A DNA stretch of 64,000 bases from positions 18,990 to 82,989 of the forward strand of contig CAWBCI010000042.1 of assembly GCA_963787195.1 (NCBI GenBank), read 5' to 3'. The notes beneath the pieces were generated by a model that was given only the letters and a program-made list of their open reading frames with translations, was not told the DNA's origin and searched no databases. The stretch's first letter is position 1. Each line of letters begins with the position of its first letter. The DNA is from an uncultured Bacteroidales bacterium (GTDB lineage Bacteria; Bacteroidota; Bacteroidia; Bacteroidales; JAGOPY01). The translations under genes and the position numbers were made by a program. Shown here piece by piece: positions 62,751 through 64,000 of this stretch.

Positions 62751-63581
62751 ATGAATTTAAACACAAAAAAATCAGTTTACAGTTTATTATTTATTTGTAG
62801 CACCTTAGTGGGCTTTGCACAGGATACTATACATCTTAAGCCTTATGTAAGTGACCTGAAATCAGTCGAAGTTTTCATTAATGATAAAAAATATGATTTT
62901 CTTTTTGATACTGGAGGAGGCGAAACCCTTATTTCTCCTGATATCGCGAAACTCTTGAATAAAGAAATATATGGTAGTTCAACAGGATTCAGAATGGATG
63001 GTGAAATGATTAAGTATCAAAAAGCTGATAGTGTATCTATCAAAATTGCAGCTACTGAAATTTTCCATCAAACTATTGGTGTATGGGATATCATGAGTAT
63101 TTTACCAAAAGAATTCCCTAAAATTGATGGTGTTCTCTCTCTGAAATCTTTCGGAAATGATATTTTAACAATTGACCTTTCAAACAATATTTTGATTATT
63201 GAAAATAAAGCTTCTGCAAAAAGACAAATCAAAACAAAAACTATTTTATCAAGCCGCTTTGCAAATGGACCTGATGGAGCTGAATTAACTATATTTATTG
63301 GCATTCCTAAATATGGTAAAATGTATTGGTTTCTTTTTGATACAGGTAATATAGGTCCTGTGATTCTCTCACCTGAATGTGCTGCTCTTTGGGGACTGCA
63401 ATCCAGGGCCAAAGATCCTGATAAACCCTTAACTAAACTTGAATTTATTATTGGTCAACATAAAATTGAAGCAAATTCATATTCGAAGAAGATAATCTAT
63501 GATGGCGCATTAAATTTTGAATCTATTAGTAAATATATTTTTACTATTGACTTTAGGAAAAAGAATGTTTGGGTTAATTAA
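62751..63581 (+). CDS. Secreted retropepsin/pepsin-like aspartic protease with two DTG motifs
   Basis: 276 aa; signal peptide; FLFDTGGGETLIS and FLFDTGNIGPVILS (pseudo-dimeric aspartyl protease pattern). Confidence 0.65.
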   Translation: MNLNTKKSVYSLLFICSTLVGFAQDTIHLKPYVSDLKSVEVFINDKKYDFLFDTGGGETLISPDIAKLLNKEIYGSSTGFRMDGEMIKYQKADSVSIKIAATEIFHQTIGVWDIMSILPKEFPKIDGVLSLKSFGNDILTIDLSNNILIIENKASAKRQIKTKTILSSRFANGPDGAELTIFIGIPKYGKMYWFLFDTGNIGPVILSPECAALWGLQSRAKDPDKPLTKLEFIIGQHKIEANSYSKKIIYDGALNFESISKYIFTIDFRKKNVWVN

Positions 63582-63836
63582 AAACTGCATGTAATTATAA
63601 AGCATTCTTACAGCATGCAATGCAGAGTCAGAATGAGAGGTTGACGGAACCTGGCAATCTATATGGGGAATAATAAATTTTTAGTGATTAGTAGTGGGGG
63701 AGCTGGGTAAGTTCCGGCAGGGAAAAGTGGCAGTATTTCAATTTGATTCTCTTAATTTTCATTCTTCACAAGGGTGATAACTTCAGCTTTCCTTAGATAA
63801 ACTTCAAAATATATGCTTATCTAATACATCAATCCC

Positions 63837-64000
63837 AATTTCGGTCCAGAAAAAAATTGAGCCAATCATTACACGACGGGATGCCTTGAATAGTTGATTT
63901 TGCAAGAGGCACGGAATGCACTTTCCTCTAACTTAAGCTAATTGTGCCGCTGCTACGCAGCTCTTGATTTTATTTTTACTACGAAATTCTATATACATGT
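63837..64000 (+). repeat. Repeat family B, copy 3 (long form, truncated by the window end)
   Basis: About 90% identical to 62204-62365, same orientation. With copy 2 it brackets the aspartic protease gene. Confidence 0.85.

Overview
The window looks like a 64-kb piece of a Bacteroidota chromosome, Bacteroidia-like and probably anaerobic. The phylum call is inferred from gene content, T9SS genes and recurrent TAnnTTTG -7 promoter boxes.

**1-33 kb: ordinary housekeeping backbone.** It holds a Na+-translocating methylmalonyl-CoA decarboxylase operon, a TPR membrane protein, an M48 peptidase and glyQS. These are followed by pth, rplY, prs, tRNA-Leu(CAA), a KAS III-like gene and an S41 peptidase. 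Then come Fe/Mn SOD, glmS, a DUF4270 lipoprotein, glycogen synthase and lspA. The backbone ends with a dksA-like gene, ileS, glnS, tRNA-Gln(CUG) and a few small or secreted proteins.

**33.6-55.1 kb: T9SS/gliding-type surface-protein locus.**
- It starts with a ~13 kb (~4,300 codon) repeat-built adhesin reading frame, interrupted five times and lacking a recognisable T9SS C-terminal domain.
- Next comes a secreted 355-aa protein whose codon usage looks biased.
- A 1.28-kb GC-rich non-coding spacer with heptamer arrays follows.
- The locus ends with a small secreted protein, a ~1,330-aa protein carrying a type B (gliding-associated) CTD, and its PorP/SprF partner.

**55.1-64 kb: mosaic accessory region, the best candidate for something undescribed.**
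- Single unrelated genes are separated by three non-coding repeat families. The genes are a SatD-like cyclase-homology/HTH protein with its DUF3307 membrane partner, proline iminopeptidase, two orphans, a secreted ankyrin protein and a two-DTG aspartic protease.
- One repeat family is derived from the 3' end and downstream flank of porP/sprF.
- A second is a dyad-symmetric element made of short hairpins whose stems covary.
- The region also contains a 34-nt group II intron domain V-like relic.

**Not seen:** rRNA, CRISPR array, transposase, integrase or recognisable defence genes.

**Sequence quality:** about ten frame disruptions occur, including in essential glyQS and glnS. The sequence is therefore probably an error-containing draft; the less likely alternative is a decaying genome. 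Gene calls below take this into account.
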